A stretch of 64,000 nucleotides of DNA from Eledone cirrhosa (GCA_964016885.1 OZ024740.1:32116001-32180000), one strand, 5' to 3'; positions 25,648 through 38,666 are shown, counted from the stretch's first letter. The notes: a model not told the origin generated them from the letters alone. Numbers and translations: made by a program.

Positions 25648-27994
25648 CTAAAAGATAAACATCATAAAGTTACAACAATGGTTTCATAAATAGACAAATT
25701 CTGAATTTATCTTTTATATTTCTATAATGCAAAATAATTTTAGTAGAGGCCTCATGTATAAATTTGTCTTAATGCTGCTAAAAATATTTGCTTTTCTTCC
25801 TCTAACAGAACTATAACTATTTGAACCTCTGCCATGTGTGTAGTTGCAAACCCTGGGCTTTTACATGAAAATCACTGGAAAATATCAATTAAACAGGAAG
25901 CAGATGAGGTCATGACTGACCATGAGGTTGTAGCTAGAAAGTTTTTCTCAAGGACACAAGCCTGGGCAGGAGTGTTTTGTGGAAGACCAGCAATCATCCA
26001 TGCATGTCAATCTTCCCTTACTGCTACTGATGTTATCTAATGGAAAGGCAAAGGTCGGAACAGCCCAGCACGTGTCCAAAGCATTATATCTACATGTTTC
26101 AGTTCGCCTTGCTAGTAGGGAATCTATACTAGGTTTGTTACTTGCAACAGACTCAACAGACTGCCATTCCATCTAAAGGTGAGATTTTTAGATCACTACT
26201 GCTGTCTCACACAAACCATACTTCAGAAGCAAACCTTAATACATCTCTGGAATCATTTTACATTACTGTTCTGACATGATCACCATGTTCTTAAAAATGC
26301 TGTCTATATCACATATTAAAATAATAGAGATACAAGAAAACTTGCACTAGTTCATGTTCATTGCCATCTTCATCTTCGCTTTACATCGACTTCACAGCAT
26401 GTACTGACATCATCGCTTTACAGTAAGCTAAATGTATTTCATTGTGGTGCCAATACAGAGTGGGCTGGGTGCATTTTATCATGGCACCAGTACTACCACT
26501 TTATATTGTGAGCTGTGTGTATTTATTATGGCACTAGCACAACCATTTTTTGTGGTATCAGCATTATTAAATTAATCCTTTTGTGTCCATTCAGTATTGA
26601 AACATGCTGTCTTTGTGTTTCAATTTGTTTTGAAAATATCCAATTTGGATGGATTTAGTAAAATAATAATTATTTCCTTATTAAAAGGAAGAATACAACT
26701 CATTGGTGGGTAGGTTGGTGGTTGTAATCTGTTAATGAATGAATGCTTGCCAATCAGTCAGATGGGTTTTTTGTTGTTTATTTATGTAGGTTAGAATGTT
26801 TGTGCATGTAGTAGCTGTTTCATTCTAGATGTGTGAGCATTAATGTAATGTGGGATACATTTCTGCATTGTAATGTCATCAACTGTTCAGAACAGAGGCA
26901 ATTTATGACATTATATAGATGGCTAAACTATTGTGATACAATTATAGCCTTGGTATAGATAAGTAGTCTTTGTTATAAACTACAAGAGATTATCAGAGAT
27001 TGTGATGCCTAACATTAGTTAATTTTCATTGAATTGAGTCTTTTATATATTTTCCTTAATATGTGAAGTGACTATGTTATGGTGCTGTTGAAGGTAAGTT
27101 TTTGTATATGGTAATATGAGTATAATGCCTGTCTAAGAAAGGCTATCAATTAATAGGACTATCTGAGGAACATTTAACTTAGGAGCAAAAACCTGATATT
27201 TGTATAAGAATTACAAATACATAAATACAATAAAATACAACTTGCTTGAACACATTTCTGATATGTATATATAAATAGTCTTCATGTCTATTTCATATCC
27301 TGCTTATTGATTGATTTTTTATTTACTTATTTTTGTACATGCCTGGGGTTTATGAAGGGTCACTGGTCTAAAAAGTTTTGGGATCCCTGGCTTAAAGAAA
27401 AAGTGATGGGTACATAACCCAGCTGGTAAATGCTACAGTTAATAGAATGTGGGTTGGATAAGATCAACTAAAACATATGTTCCCCAAGACATGAAGGAAA
27501 GCCACTTCAAGACTAGATAAAATTCAAAGAAAATCTGAGGCAATATTGGATGGCTTTCAAGAATGGGATACTTGCAATGATTTAGAAGTATGGAAGAAAA
27601 GCTGGGATTATTGTGTACATTCCCACAAGGACAATTTTGAACGAGGTGATACCCAAATATAAATAATATATGAAAATACATTATTTGAACTTGTTTGGTT
27701 CAATAACTTTCAGATATTACTCCATATTTCAATATAAGAGTTGTAAACTTCAGGTTAGTTGAGTACAAGGAAAGGTTTGGAATTCTATTTCACTTAACTT
27801 ACTAATGCAACTGATAAATTGATTACCTTTACAACTTACAAAATGGTTCCTCTCCCAGATGTTAAAAAGAGTAATTACTCATTAACAGATACTAATGACT
27901 GAATAATCAAACAAACATTTAAACACTTGATGTTTGATCCTTTTTTCTTAAGTAGTATACATTAAATTAAACAGCAAAGAACTGATTTACATAC

Positions 27995-28075
27995 ATGTTT
28001 CTTCTAACTTTTTGTCTGCTCTTTCTAACTTCTCAGCTGTCTTTGCCAAAGCAACTTGATCTGCTGTGGTGTTCC
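27995..28075 (-). CDS. LLPH: LLP homolog, middle coding exon (81 nt, phase 1-1)
   Basis: tttgcag|...|gtatgt; encodes (W)NTTADQVALAKTAEKLERADKKLEET and keeps the frame between the flanking exons. Confidence 0.8.
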
Positions 28076-29865
28076 CTGCAAATACAAATTGATTGTAAAT
28101 TAAATCCTTGCATAATTAAGGCAATCTTTGTCAACATAAATATTTTTTTAAAATTAATCTTATACAATATATCAGCAGTTTTGTTAAATCTGCTATATTC
28201 AGAGCCCAAGAAGAAATATTTTAAAATTTTCTAAGAAACACTGTATGTCAATATGGCACCCCTACAACTCCCTCAGGAGTTATGGATCCATGCATGCCAT
28301 ATCCTGTAATGATTCAACAGAAAATATCTAAAAACAGGCTTGTTAATTTTAATGTTTACAGTATCTTTACTAGTAGATAGATTTTTGTGAAAGGTTGTAG
28401 TAAACTAAAGACATTGATTTTTACTATGGTTTCATGTGGTACAGGATGTTAATAGTTAACATTAACCACTGTATTTCTAATGAAATACACTGATTATGTA
28501 TCTCATTTAATATTTAAATATTTAAGAATTCAGAGTGATTTGTTGTACTGGGGCTTCTTACATAAAATTATGATTGGAGCCTTTAAGTTCAGCATCTAAA
28601 CTAGAGGTGATCTCAGAAAAGTAAAAAAACTTCACAGTATTTCATATCAGATTTAAGATGAACACACAGCATCAGTAAACTTTAACCAAGACTCTCATCT
28701 TCCATAAATCATCATTATGTCCTGTTTTTATGCTGTGAAGGGTTGGCTCGGATATCATGGTCCACGACCAGATGGTTGGAGTGACCAATCTTGCCCATTA
28801 AGTTTCATATTTGGCATGGTTTTTACAGCTCAATGTATTTCATCACATCAACCACCTTACAAAGTGTACTGGGTACTTTTCTCATAACACTACTACTTAC
28901 TTTAAAGAGTGGACTAGGTGCCTTTTATCATAGTACCAACACAAATATTTTACAGAGTGCATTTTATTATTACACCAGCATTAGAGAGGTTATTTTCATC
29001 ATCATCACAATTTTATATCTATTTTCTATGTTTACATTGGTTAGACGAATTGTCACAGCAGGTCAGATTGTGTCTTACTCAAATGTTTCATTTTGGTATG
29101 CATTATACAGCATGTATCAGATACATTTCCTCATGGCATCACCACTACCACCTGACAGGATGGACTGGGTGGCACCAATATGGTAAAATATTTCAGTTAA
29201 CTTAGAGAAATAGATTTTAAACGGTTTTAAAAAGTAGAATACATAAAATAATGCTTCAAATTAATTTCAACTTTATTGATCACTAATTAATATTAACCCT
29301 TTAGCATTTACATTACTCTATATATACTATTGTATTTTTGTGGTAACACTTTATCTTATATAATATCGAATCTACGAGATTTTGATGTTATTTATTTTGA
29401 GAACAATACCTTAATGTCAGCATGAGCGGCCAGTTACAGCCAGTTTGAACTGAAGCAGGTGAGAGAATTCTGGCCGGATATGGCCAGTTTAAATAATCAT
29501 ATGGTATGGTATGAATCCGTAACTCCTGAGGAGTCGCAGAGGTGCTATATTGACATACAGCGTTTCTAGGGCATTTTTTAACCTGGTGGAGCCCATATCC
29601 TCTCCAGGCCTGAATACAGTAGATTTCTTCTGAAGAATAGAGAGTGAGTGAATGGAAGTGAGAATGTGAGATATAGAGCAAGAATCGACCCCAGTACTTG
29701 ACTGGTACTTTGTTTATCGACCCTGAATGTATGAAAGGCAAAGTTGACCTCGGCAAGATTTGAACTCAGAGCTGAAATGAATACCACAAAGCATTCTATC
29801 CGACCTTCTAACGACTCTGCCAATTCGCCGCCTATAAATTAAACATAAGGAAATGTCATATTTAC

Positions 29866-30007
29866 AATTGATAATATCTCCAACAGTCCTACGAGCCTCT
29901 CGTTCTTCAACTAATTTTTTCAAATTGTTTAATTCTCGAGCATAGTACCGTTTCCGTTTTTCATTCCGTATCTTTACCTTTTGTTTACTCTTAACACTTT
30001 TGGCCAT
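29866..30007 (-). CDS. LLPH: LLP homolog, first coding exon
   Basis: ttttcag|ATG; MAKSVKSKQKVKIRNEKRKRYYARELNNLKKL matches the LLPH N-terminus; donor |gtaaat. Exons sum to 142+81+176=399 nt (132 aa plus stop). Confidence 0.9.
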
Positions 30008-31979
30008 CTGAAAAGAATAAAAATAGACACAATTAATCAAATGGAAAAACTCAGAATTCATGTCACATATTTCATATTGTACTGAGTTTAAAAAAAAGGA
30101 ATTCCAAATAAGATGGAAAAAACAAATCAAGACCAATTTCAGTTTCTTCATGTTTGCATATGATATGTAAATGTGTGCTTGCAAACATTAACAAACTATT
30201 TAGCATTATCATCAACGTTTCAACGTCCTTTTTCCATGATAGCATCGTATGAATATGTCATCACATACCAAGTCAGTATTCAATCAGATGGGCCAGGGGC
30301 CCTGCTTACAAACATTCCTACACTTTATAGAGTGTATTGGGTGCATTTTATTATGGCACCAGCAATAGAGAGGTTGTTGTACCCTTAACACAATTGAAGA
30401 TTACTCTCAACCCCGTTTTCTATGGCTGAATGCCTTTCCTAACATTAACCACATATAAAATATATAAAGCACCCAGTCCACATTGTAATGGGGTGGACCA
30501 TCTGAGTAGGCCATCAACCCTGTCTCCTGGGTATTTGATCCTAGCAGACAGTAGAGAACTAATCTAACTGGTCGAAGAGAGAGTTAAAGGTGGCCTTCCA
30601 ATATATGTTGTCCCAAACTCTATCTCCGTTTGTCCTCTACCGAGTTAGGAACAGACAAACCCAGCTCTCTTCATCGTAGAAACACTTCATCTGTGTTGGA
30701 ACTAGTCCATGTTGGAAAGGAGAGGATGTTACCCACCAGAGTGGAGGAAAGGAAGCAAGGGGGAGAGACGGACGAACATTTACTTAACACGGTATTGCTA
30801 CAGAATGGAACTGAAGAGATACAACTCATGTTCTTAGCACCATATTATTGGTTTAGAATTTGCTACAATTTCAGATATTTAAAAACCTCTACTACGGTTT
30901 ATTTCATACCATGGTGCCAACATTTTTTTTTATATAAAAAACCTGCCATCATACTTTCTATGGTTATGCTCCAGACATCAGATAAATAACGAAAACGTTT
31001 GTATAATACTAAATCCATCCAATTCGATTTTACATTTTACTCCCGAATAGTTTCTGTTGTTTAATTAACTGATTAAACTAAAGTTGTAGATCAAAAGAGA
31101 TTCATGATTTCTTGAATTGGTCCAAGGATACAAATTTTAGCAAAGGGTATGTAGTTGATTTTAATATTTGACTGGTACTCAGTTTATCGATCTCAGAAAG
31201 ATGAAAAGTGAAAATAGATTTAACTAAAATAATAAGTATAATCCTATTTAGACTTTCCATTAAAGTGAAAATTCCAAAAATAAAAATAAAAAAATAAAAA
31301 TGTAAATACAATTTCCATTACATTTAAGTTTCCCTTTTTCTATTTTAAGTAAATTTTTCATTTATTTATTCCATTTACTGTTATCTAATTTAAGTACAAT
31401 TTTCATTTATAGCAGCAAATATACAGAAATTAATTTCGTATATAGATGATAAAATAGGGTTGCCTCAAATACTTTTAGCGATTCTGTCATTGTCGATTTC
31501 CAGAGTATAATAACTGTATTATTGATAAGGTAGTTTCTCTTTTTGCTTCCATGTTCTGTACATACTGATAAAAAGTTTAGCTCTTTTAATTCTTTATTTT
31601 ATCGCCTTCGTTATTATTTTAGCTGGGTGCAGTAGATTATAACAACCAAGTGACCATCAGATTTCACTACCTAGGCTGGATCTAATATTTAAGAATACTC
31701 AGAATTTTACACAGATGTAGTTATAAGATAAGAATTAACTATCGACCCATACGATCAATGCCAGATAGAAAACTGACAAAGAAATAAAATAAAAAATCTC
31801 TGAATATATATAGAGAATCACAGGACATGATAAAAAAATACTGAGATTTCCTAAATATAATTAACTTTTTGGGTGGTCAAAAGAAACAATTATGATTCAG
31901 TATAAACATGTTCACTTGTTCTAATAAAAATAAATCAAACTATCGGTTAAAATATTGAGTAAAATGAATTATAAAGTAC

Positions 31980-32040
31980 CTTGTGAGGACGGACAACGCA
32001 AAACACGTGGTGGACTTCAAATAAAGGAAGAGCGCCGTAT
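31980..32040 (-). other. Candidate 5' non-coding exon/promoter of LLPH
   Basis: The ATG sits directly after an acceptor, so an upstream exon is required. Donor AAG|GTACTT is at 31980/31979, with a nearby CACGTG E-box. Confidence 0.45.
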
Positions 32041-32689
32041 AGCGGATATAAAATTATTTAATTAAAGGGAAACAACTCTATACTGTGAAAATAGTTGCAA
32101 GTCGTGTTATTGTGTGCATTGCGATACATCAATGCATTTCTATTTCTATTTCATTTATAGAAATATAAAATTAATTTCAGTACTTGACTCGTACTGTATT
32201 TTATCGCCCCTTAAAGGATGAAGAGCAAAGTTGATCTGGGCAGGTTTTAAACATCAAGAATATAAAGGAACGTAATAAACGCTGCAATCATTACGGTTGT
32301 TTAAGCTCAAGGCCAGCAAAGTTAGTTATATCAACCCCAGAACGGCAATAACATTTTATCTGGTGCTCTACCTATTCTGCCAATCCATCACTCTATAGTT
32401 ATGGTAATATTGGTTTCTGATTTAGGCACAAAGCCAACAATTTTGGGGGAGGGAAAAATCGATTAAATCGACCTCAATACGTTATAAATTAATTTCGGTA
32501 CTTGACTGCTACTTTATTTTATCGGCCTTGTGAGGATGAAAGGCAAAGCTAACCTCAGCAGGATTTGAACTCAGATCGTAAAGGGGCGTAACTCTATATT
32601 ATAAAGCATGTCCGACGCTCTACCGATACTGCCAATCCACTGCCCTACAGTTATAATAATATTAGAACTAAGAAAAAGGCGACTTATTG

Positions 32690-33302
32690 GCGAAATCATT
32701 CCCGGCACCACAAGTGAAGAGTGGAGTTCCCTCCATCTAGATCTACAATACCAGAGCCACGAAACTTTGTTGAGGAAACCCCAACTATATCTAGCCGGCA
32801 ACATCTGGCCTCCTCCACTAGTTCCTGCTCCTTACCTGTAAGAGTTGTAATGTTCCAGTTGCCAATTGTCAAGGTTTACACCCTTTTGAGGTCTCGAGAC
32901 ACGTAACCTTTGTGCTTCCATCTCACATCTCCCAGGACAGGTTACAGATCCATGGCCAGTTCTTGCTGCGTGGGATGGGGACTGCAATATATTAATTCAA
33001 ACAAGCCCCTCTACCTAAGACCTGAATGCATCCCTTGTTATCCCGCACGAAGTACGATGCCGTATGGAGTGTTTTGGTGTTCTCATTTGAGCCAGTCACC
33101 AAAGACTAGACTTTTTTAGAGGTGGCCTTTACTTGCCTCATCGTAACAACATCACTGGGTTGGGAGAGTTTGGATGGAAGCTAACAGAGTCACCAATTGC
33201 TCCATCTCCCCTAGTAGTTCACCGTTGTTGGTCCGAGGCTGTTTATTTGTCCTGCAGGAACCCGCTTATTTTACAACTGTGGAGCTGGAGCTTTGCCAGA
33301 AG
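32690..33302 (-). mobile_element. 5' part of an RTE-type LINE (endonuclease N-terminus and upstream region), interrupted by the Gypsy element
   Basis: The minus strand encodes IGNWNITTLTGKEQELVEEARCCRLDIVGVSSTK. Confidence 0.6.
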
Positions 33303-36300
33303 TGTGGTTAGAAAAAGTTACTTCACTTACCGCTTTCGCTGGCACCGTTAATCCAATGGCTGGTTTCTCCTCTCCCACGTGCGTACAGTCCAACTCGTTA
33401 AACGGGAGCTCCAAAACTGACGTCCACCACGATCGCTGACCACCCTAGAGAGAGGCAGACCTGCTGGCCCTTCCGGTCGAGCACACTTCCGGTCAAGCAC
33501 TCTTCCGGTCGAGCACTCCCCAGCCTCCGGCCACCGCACACCACACCATACCCACACGCCCCCCTGATCTCAAGGATCAATTTCCCCCTCGTCCTGCTGC
33601 ATATGAAAGTCTGCTGTCCAGGTTGGGGGTTTGCGACTTCTTTGCGATCTCCGCAGTGTTGGGGCGGCACTTTGGGTTTCCTTTTCCTCGGAGTCCGTTG
33701 ACACAGTAATTCTACGGACATCCAGGACATGACGTGGTACTCCGTCCACGGACACATTGTTCTGGGAATTTACGGCCATCACCGTTCCCCTTCCCCATTG
33801 AGATGTGCAACGTGCATCTGGGGGCTTAACCCAGACTTCTTCGCCCACCTGCACGGATGCATTCTCTCTCCCCACTGGCCGTTGTGGTGGCGTGCACGGG
33901 TGCCGCCACTCGTATCTGAATACTGCTCTGTGTGGCACCGACTCCTCAACCTGTCCCACCCGAGGAGACATGTTGCCTCCATTGGTGAGATGTGGCCCCG
34001 CTCCGCCATTGCTTTGATCGTCCGGTGGTGTCGCTCCACGATTCCATTTCCGCCTGGCCTGTACGCTGCTCTGAAGAACCGGTCCACCTTCCATCCATCG
34101 AGCATCTCCCTCAGCGCCTCCGAGCGGAACGCTGCGCTGTTGTCCATCCGCAGTTCGTCCACAGGGCCCCGCTCTAAGAACACCTCTCTCAACACTTCTG
34201 ACGGCTTCGCAGCCAGTCCATACCCCTGTAAATGGCTCGTGACCTCCGCTGCCGACACTACAGCTCGTCCACTAGGATGTCGTCAATGTAGGTATTAGTG
34301 GCACTCTTCATCTCGTCGGTCTTTCCCAGAATGGTCTTGAGGACCGCCGCCATGATCTTCGGTGAAGAGCTCAGCCCGAAACTGGTCAGGCAATATGTCC
34401 AGCCCTTATATCTGACCAGCTGATACTGCCAGAGCTTCTCATCTATGTGTAATTGTAAGTATGCCGACTTTAGATCGACGATTGCGTCTCCACTCACGCA
34501 GGGTTTCCTCCACAGACATCCGTGACCTCGCCACACGTGTGGCATGACACGTGCTCGTTCAGCTCCCGAAAGTTCAGTACCGGCCTCACTTTGTTTTTCG
34601 TGGGTTGCGCCACCGCCAGTAACGGCAATACTCCGCACTTTACCTCCTCTTTCCAGGGAAACAGTATGCCCTCCTCAATCCATCTCTCTACCTCTCACTC
34701 GAACTCGCTCCTAATGTCTCCCTTCAATGTGTGTTGATAGCAGCCCACTTTGGTCTTCAGTGTTGGTGGTTCTCCCTTCCAGTACCACTCAACAACCCAT
34801 CGTTGCTAATCGAACACGGCCTTGAAGTCTTTGTCCTGCACAGTGTAAGCGGGGTATTTCTCCTCGTGGGCCTTCTGGTTCTCCTGTTGCGTACTCACAG
34901 CGCATACCAATGCGGCGCCGCCAAACGACACTCCGACGTTATTCACTGTGACGCCTCCTAGACGGCTAATTGCGTCCATGCCCATAACTACGCCGATCCC
35001 ATCCACCACGTTGTCAACTACGATGGCAGAAAGCCTTATTTTCTTTCTCCGTACCGCCATCTCCACCTCGCTGCGACCTTGGCATTCAATTTTCCTACCA
35101 TCGACTGCCCTTACGCTGCTCTTCCCTCTCCACCTCTGCGCCACACCCCGCGGTCACCAGTGTCGTCGTACAGCCTGTGTCCACGAGGGCTCGCTGTGGC
35201 TTTCCCCTCACGAAAACTTTCACCACGGGCAGCGCTTCTACTCGTAAGGGGCAGCTACCGGCGCAGTAGTTTCCCTTGGATCGTTTCCCTGGTCGCAGCT
35301 AGTAGCGATGTGGCCTGGTCGCTTACACCGGTAGCATATTTAGCCCGGCCTTGACTTTCTACAGTCTCTCGCCATGTGCAGGCCCTGGCACCTAAAACAG
35401 CGACCTCTAAACGTTCGCGGGCGACCGCGTGCCGTGGTTGCCTCCCTTTCACCATTTTGTTGCCGGCTGCCTTGGGCCTCTGCCATTGCTATCGCTGCAA
35501 CACTCTTCTTGGCATCTTCTGCTATGATGCAGGCTTGCTCCACCAGTGCATGCATCTCCATTTCTTTGTAACCCGGGACTTGCTGCAGTTTCATCGCTAT
35601 GTCATCTGGAAATCCATTTATGAACGCCAACCGCACCGTGCGTTCGCATTTCACCTGATATCCAGCCAACATGGCCAATCGCCGTATTTCCGTTGCGAAA
35701 ATGTCAACGCGTTCACTGTTCCATCTAATCCTTGCCATTTTAGCAAAAGCGGCTAACGGTCCTTCCGCGAACGCTTCCATCATACGCCTCCCAATCTTTT
35801 GCGCATCCCTTTGGCTGTGTTCATCCATCTCTAGGTAGAGTGCCAACGCATCCCCCTCGAGGTACAGTGCCATGAGGCCAACCACATCTTCTATCTTCTG
35901 TAGGCTTACGACCAGCCGGACTGTTCGCAGCCTAGCGGCAACATTGCCTTCACCGGTAAATGCTCTAATCGCTTCTCCGCTCATTTGTAATCTCGTCGCC
36001 ATATCCTAATTTTGTCCTGCGGTAAGTAATAAAAAACAACAGACTCCTCTCTGTTTTTCCAGTAGCTTTGTTTTCGAGAAAGTTCTTTTTTTTTTTATAA
36101 ATCAGATCTCAGTTTCCAGTGCCGAAATAGCTTGTGGTTAGAAAAAGCTACTTCACTTACCGGTTTCGCTGGCACCGCTAATCCAATGGCAGGTTTCTCC
36201 TCTCCCACGTACGTACAATCCAACTCATTAACCGGGAGCTCCAAAACTGACGTCCACCACGTTCGCTGACCACCCTAGAGAGAGGCAGACCTGCTGGCCC

Positions 36301-36373
36301 TTCCGGTCGAGCACCCTTCCGGTCAAGCACTCTTCCGGTCGAGCACTCCCCAGCACACTACACCATACCCACA
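33303..36373 (-). mobile_element. Ty3/Gypsy LTR retrotransposon, internally deleted
   Basis: LTRs at 33303-33556 and 36133-36373 (TG..CA). Imperfect 5-bp TSD AGAAG/AGATG; G-rich PPT at ~33557-33566. Order: gag, protease (ALVDTGC), RT (DLKSAYLQ, YIDD), integrase (MDN..AF, GNGIVER). RNase H not seen. Confidence 0.93.
35340..36002 (-). CDS. Gypsy Gag (220 aa; second zinc knuckle frameshifted)
   Basis: ORF with CFRCQGLHMARDC knuckle, located just downstream of the 5' LTR. Confidence 0.8.
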   Translation of the reverse strand: MATRLQMSGEAIRAFTGEGNVAARLRTVRLVVSLQKIEDVVGLMALYLEGDALALYLEMDEHSQRDAQKIGRRMMEAFAEGPLAAFAKMARIRWNSERVDIFATEIRRLAMLAGYQVKCERTVRLAFINGFPDDIAMKLQQVPGYKEMEMHALVEQACIIAEDAKKSVAAIAMAEAQGSRQQNGEREATTARGRPRTFRGRCFRCQGLHMARDCRKSRPG

Positions 36374-36844
36374 AGATGTTTAAGGGCCAGTGACATCATA
36401 AGGCCGGAGGATGTAGAAGGACACTGTGATGTCACGGAACGGAAGGTAGGAAATAGCATCAGCGACTCAGACTTTTGTCAGTCCTCTTTGGTCAACGGTC
36501 GTTGGCAAAGGGGTTTGTAGTTTTTTGTTCCTTGCGTAGGGGATACGCAGGAATATTTTCTGGCGATAGAGTAGAGTTGGACTGGGCGCTTAAGGACCAC
36601 GGATATACAGCATTCTGGAAAAGATCAACCTATAGTGATGATTTGATGGTCCTGTTGATCATTGATTGTTGCGGTGTTGATTCGTTTGTTGTGTGTGTGG
36701 TCACTGTTGTGTGATACAGTGTGACCAGAGGTTGCATGTGTGCAGGTAAGTGAGTTAGTGTTCATTAAGATGATGATGATATAATAGTTTCTTGATCACA
36801 CATAAAATGATATATAAATGAACCAGGATGACACCAAAACAATC

Positions 36845-37324
36845 TGTAGCGGCCCCTTACGGTTGTAACTCAGCACGTATAGGAGTTGCGTCCCTTTGAG
36901 ACGGTCGCGACTCCCAGTGGCAGATACGTATAGGAGTTGCGTCCTTTTGTGACGGTAGCGACTCCCAGTGGCAGATCCATGTACTAAATAGAGTTGCGTC
37001 CCCCTGGGGACTATATATTTGAGGACATCAAGGCAGTAACTCTCACTTCCTGCACCGGCAGCCTAAAGAAACACTTGAACCTTACCAAGAGAAGATTTCT
37101 GTTCTTCTCTACACACTCCAGTCTGGGAGTTGTGACCAACTGACCATCAACATGTGGTAAAAACTATTTCTATTAATTTATTTGACTTCTGTGAAGTAAA
37201 ACCATATCACAACACTCACCTGCATTTATTGTCATTCTTAATAATATATATACACTGATACTAACATTCTAAAAATCAATTACCAACTCGACCATCAAAT
37301 CATCGCTATAATTGGTGACCCCGA
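36845..37324 (+). mobile_element. LTR (TG..TA) with internal ~51-bp repeats, followed by a tRNA-Trp PBS
   Basis: TGTAGC start; TATA-like CTATATA near 37011; TGGTGACCCCGA at 37313 is complementary to the tRNA-Trp 3' end. Confidence 0.75.
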
Positions 37325-37721
37325 TATGATTTGTTTGTATATAAAAGTGGAATTAAATTGTATTTACCAAGAAAACCTCATGAACTTCACTGGCTTGGTT
37401 AAGAGAGCGGCCAAGGGATGGAGATTGAGTGAAAGAGAGGGAGTAACAGAAAGTAAGAGTCTGTAGAAAGCAATAGTTTACATGTTCACTCTACCAAGAA
37501 CCGCTCCGAACTTCTGCTGGCCTAATCAAAGGCAGACTATTTGTCTATGTCGCTTCCCCTGTCTCCAAGACTTAAGAACAAAGGGCTGACCTTTCGAGGT
37601 CGTCCGATCTCAGACCTGTTGATGCCCGAAAGGATAACCCTGGGGTCAAGGTGTGGACAGATTTCGTTACAAACCAATGTCCTGGGATGTAAGTGAACTA
37701 TGCCCCCCCCCCCATATTTGT

Positions 37722-38260
37722 ACCACAAGCTATTTTCGGCACCATGTGTCTTTTTTCCTCCTTTTATCTCTCATTCCTGGCCACAGACAATATGTCAACA
37801 AAGTTAAAAATTAGTAGCGATGCTATCAGACTCTTCTATGGCGAGGATGATGTTATCCCATGGATTCGAAAGATCAAGGTGGTGGCCAGGCTGCAAAGCA
37901 TTGAAAACGTGGTAGGCCTAATGGCACTTTACTTGGATGGAAATGTATTGGCGTTGTCTCGAAATAGATGAAGCAGTTCAACTGGACAGGGAGAAGATTA
38001 AATGTCATCTAACGAAAGAATTTGTGGAAAGGTCGTACGCTGCATTTGCCAAACTAGGAAACTAAGAAATGAGAGCTGCAGAGGTCAATGCTTTAGGTAT
38101 CAGGGTTCACACAAGGCAAGGGACTGCAGGAGTCAAAACCCCAAGACAATTTGCTACCAGTGTAAGCGGGAAGGCTACATCCCCAGCAAATGAAGCCAGT
38201 GAAATGGTCAGAGGGGAAAGTGCCGATGGCTACCCCTACAAGTGAATAGAGGCGCTTCTT
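37722..38260 (+). pseudogene. Degenerate second Gypsy element related to 33303-36373 (LTR end, PBS, gag)
   Basis: ACCACA|AGCTATTTTCGGCACCA, then MSTKLKISSDAIRLFYGE...VVGLMALYLDG, alignable with the 36002 Gag; decayed zinc knuckles. Confidence 0.8.
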
Positions 38261-38666
38261 CAATCGCTGCCTGCAGTGAAGGGGAAGGTGTCAAGAGCTC
38301 TCGGAGCAATGAAAGGAGCTACAATGGGACTCAAGCTGCGAAGAGACAGGGCGGGCACCAACATGAACAGACGAGAACTGTTTTCGATGTGTGGGAAACT
38401 AGCGAGTCATTATCTAATTGCGGGGTGACTCCGAACAGCATGTAGCCACCCCGAGCTGACGGTTTGAGTTGGGGAAACAAAGAGGACGGTGCGGGAGATT
38501 CTGAAGAGGGTAAGAGTGGAGGACTCAGTAAGAGGAAGCTGATATGTGCCCAAATTAGAGAACGCGACCGTATGGTACGATGCTAGCAGCATAGCGATAG
38601 AGGCCGTTATGGAAATAGGGGGTGTCGAGGTGGAGGACACATCCTGGTTCAGGAAGAAAGATGACT

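Noticed and set aside
25834-26176. Short intronic ORFs as a nested gene
   Set aside because: No recognisable family or exon chain; probably an old TE fragment that I could not classify.
29714-30184. 156-aa ORF as a single-exon gene
   Set aside because: Only 29866-30007 is exon, bounded by splice sites; the rest is intron and SINE.
36121-36132. A tRNA-Phe gene
   Set aside because: Only nt 1-12 match, then the LTR begins; there is no cloverleaf, so it is treated as a PBS.
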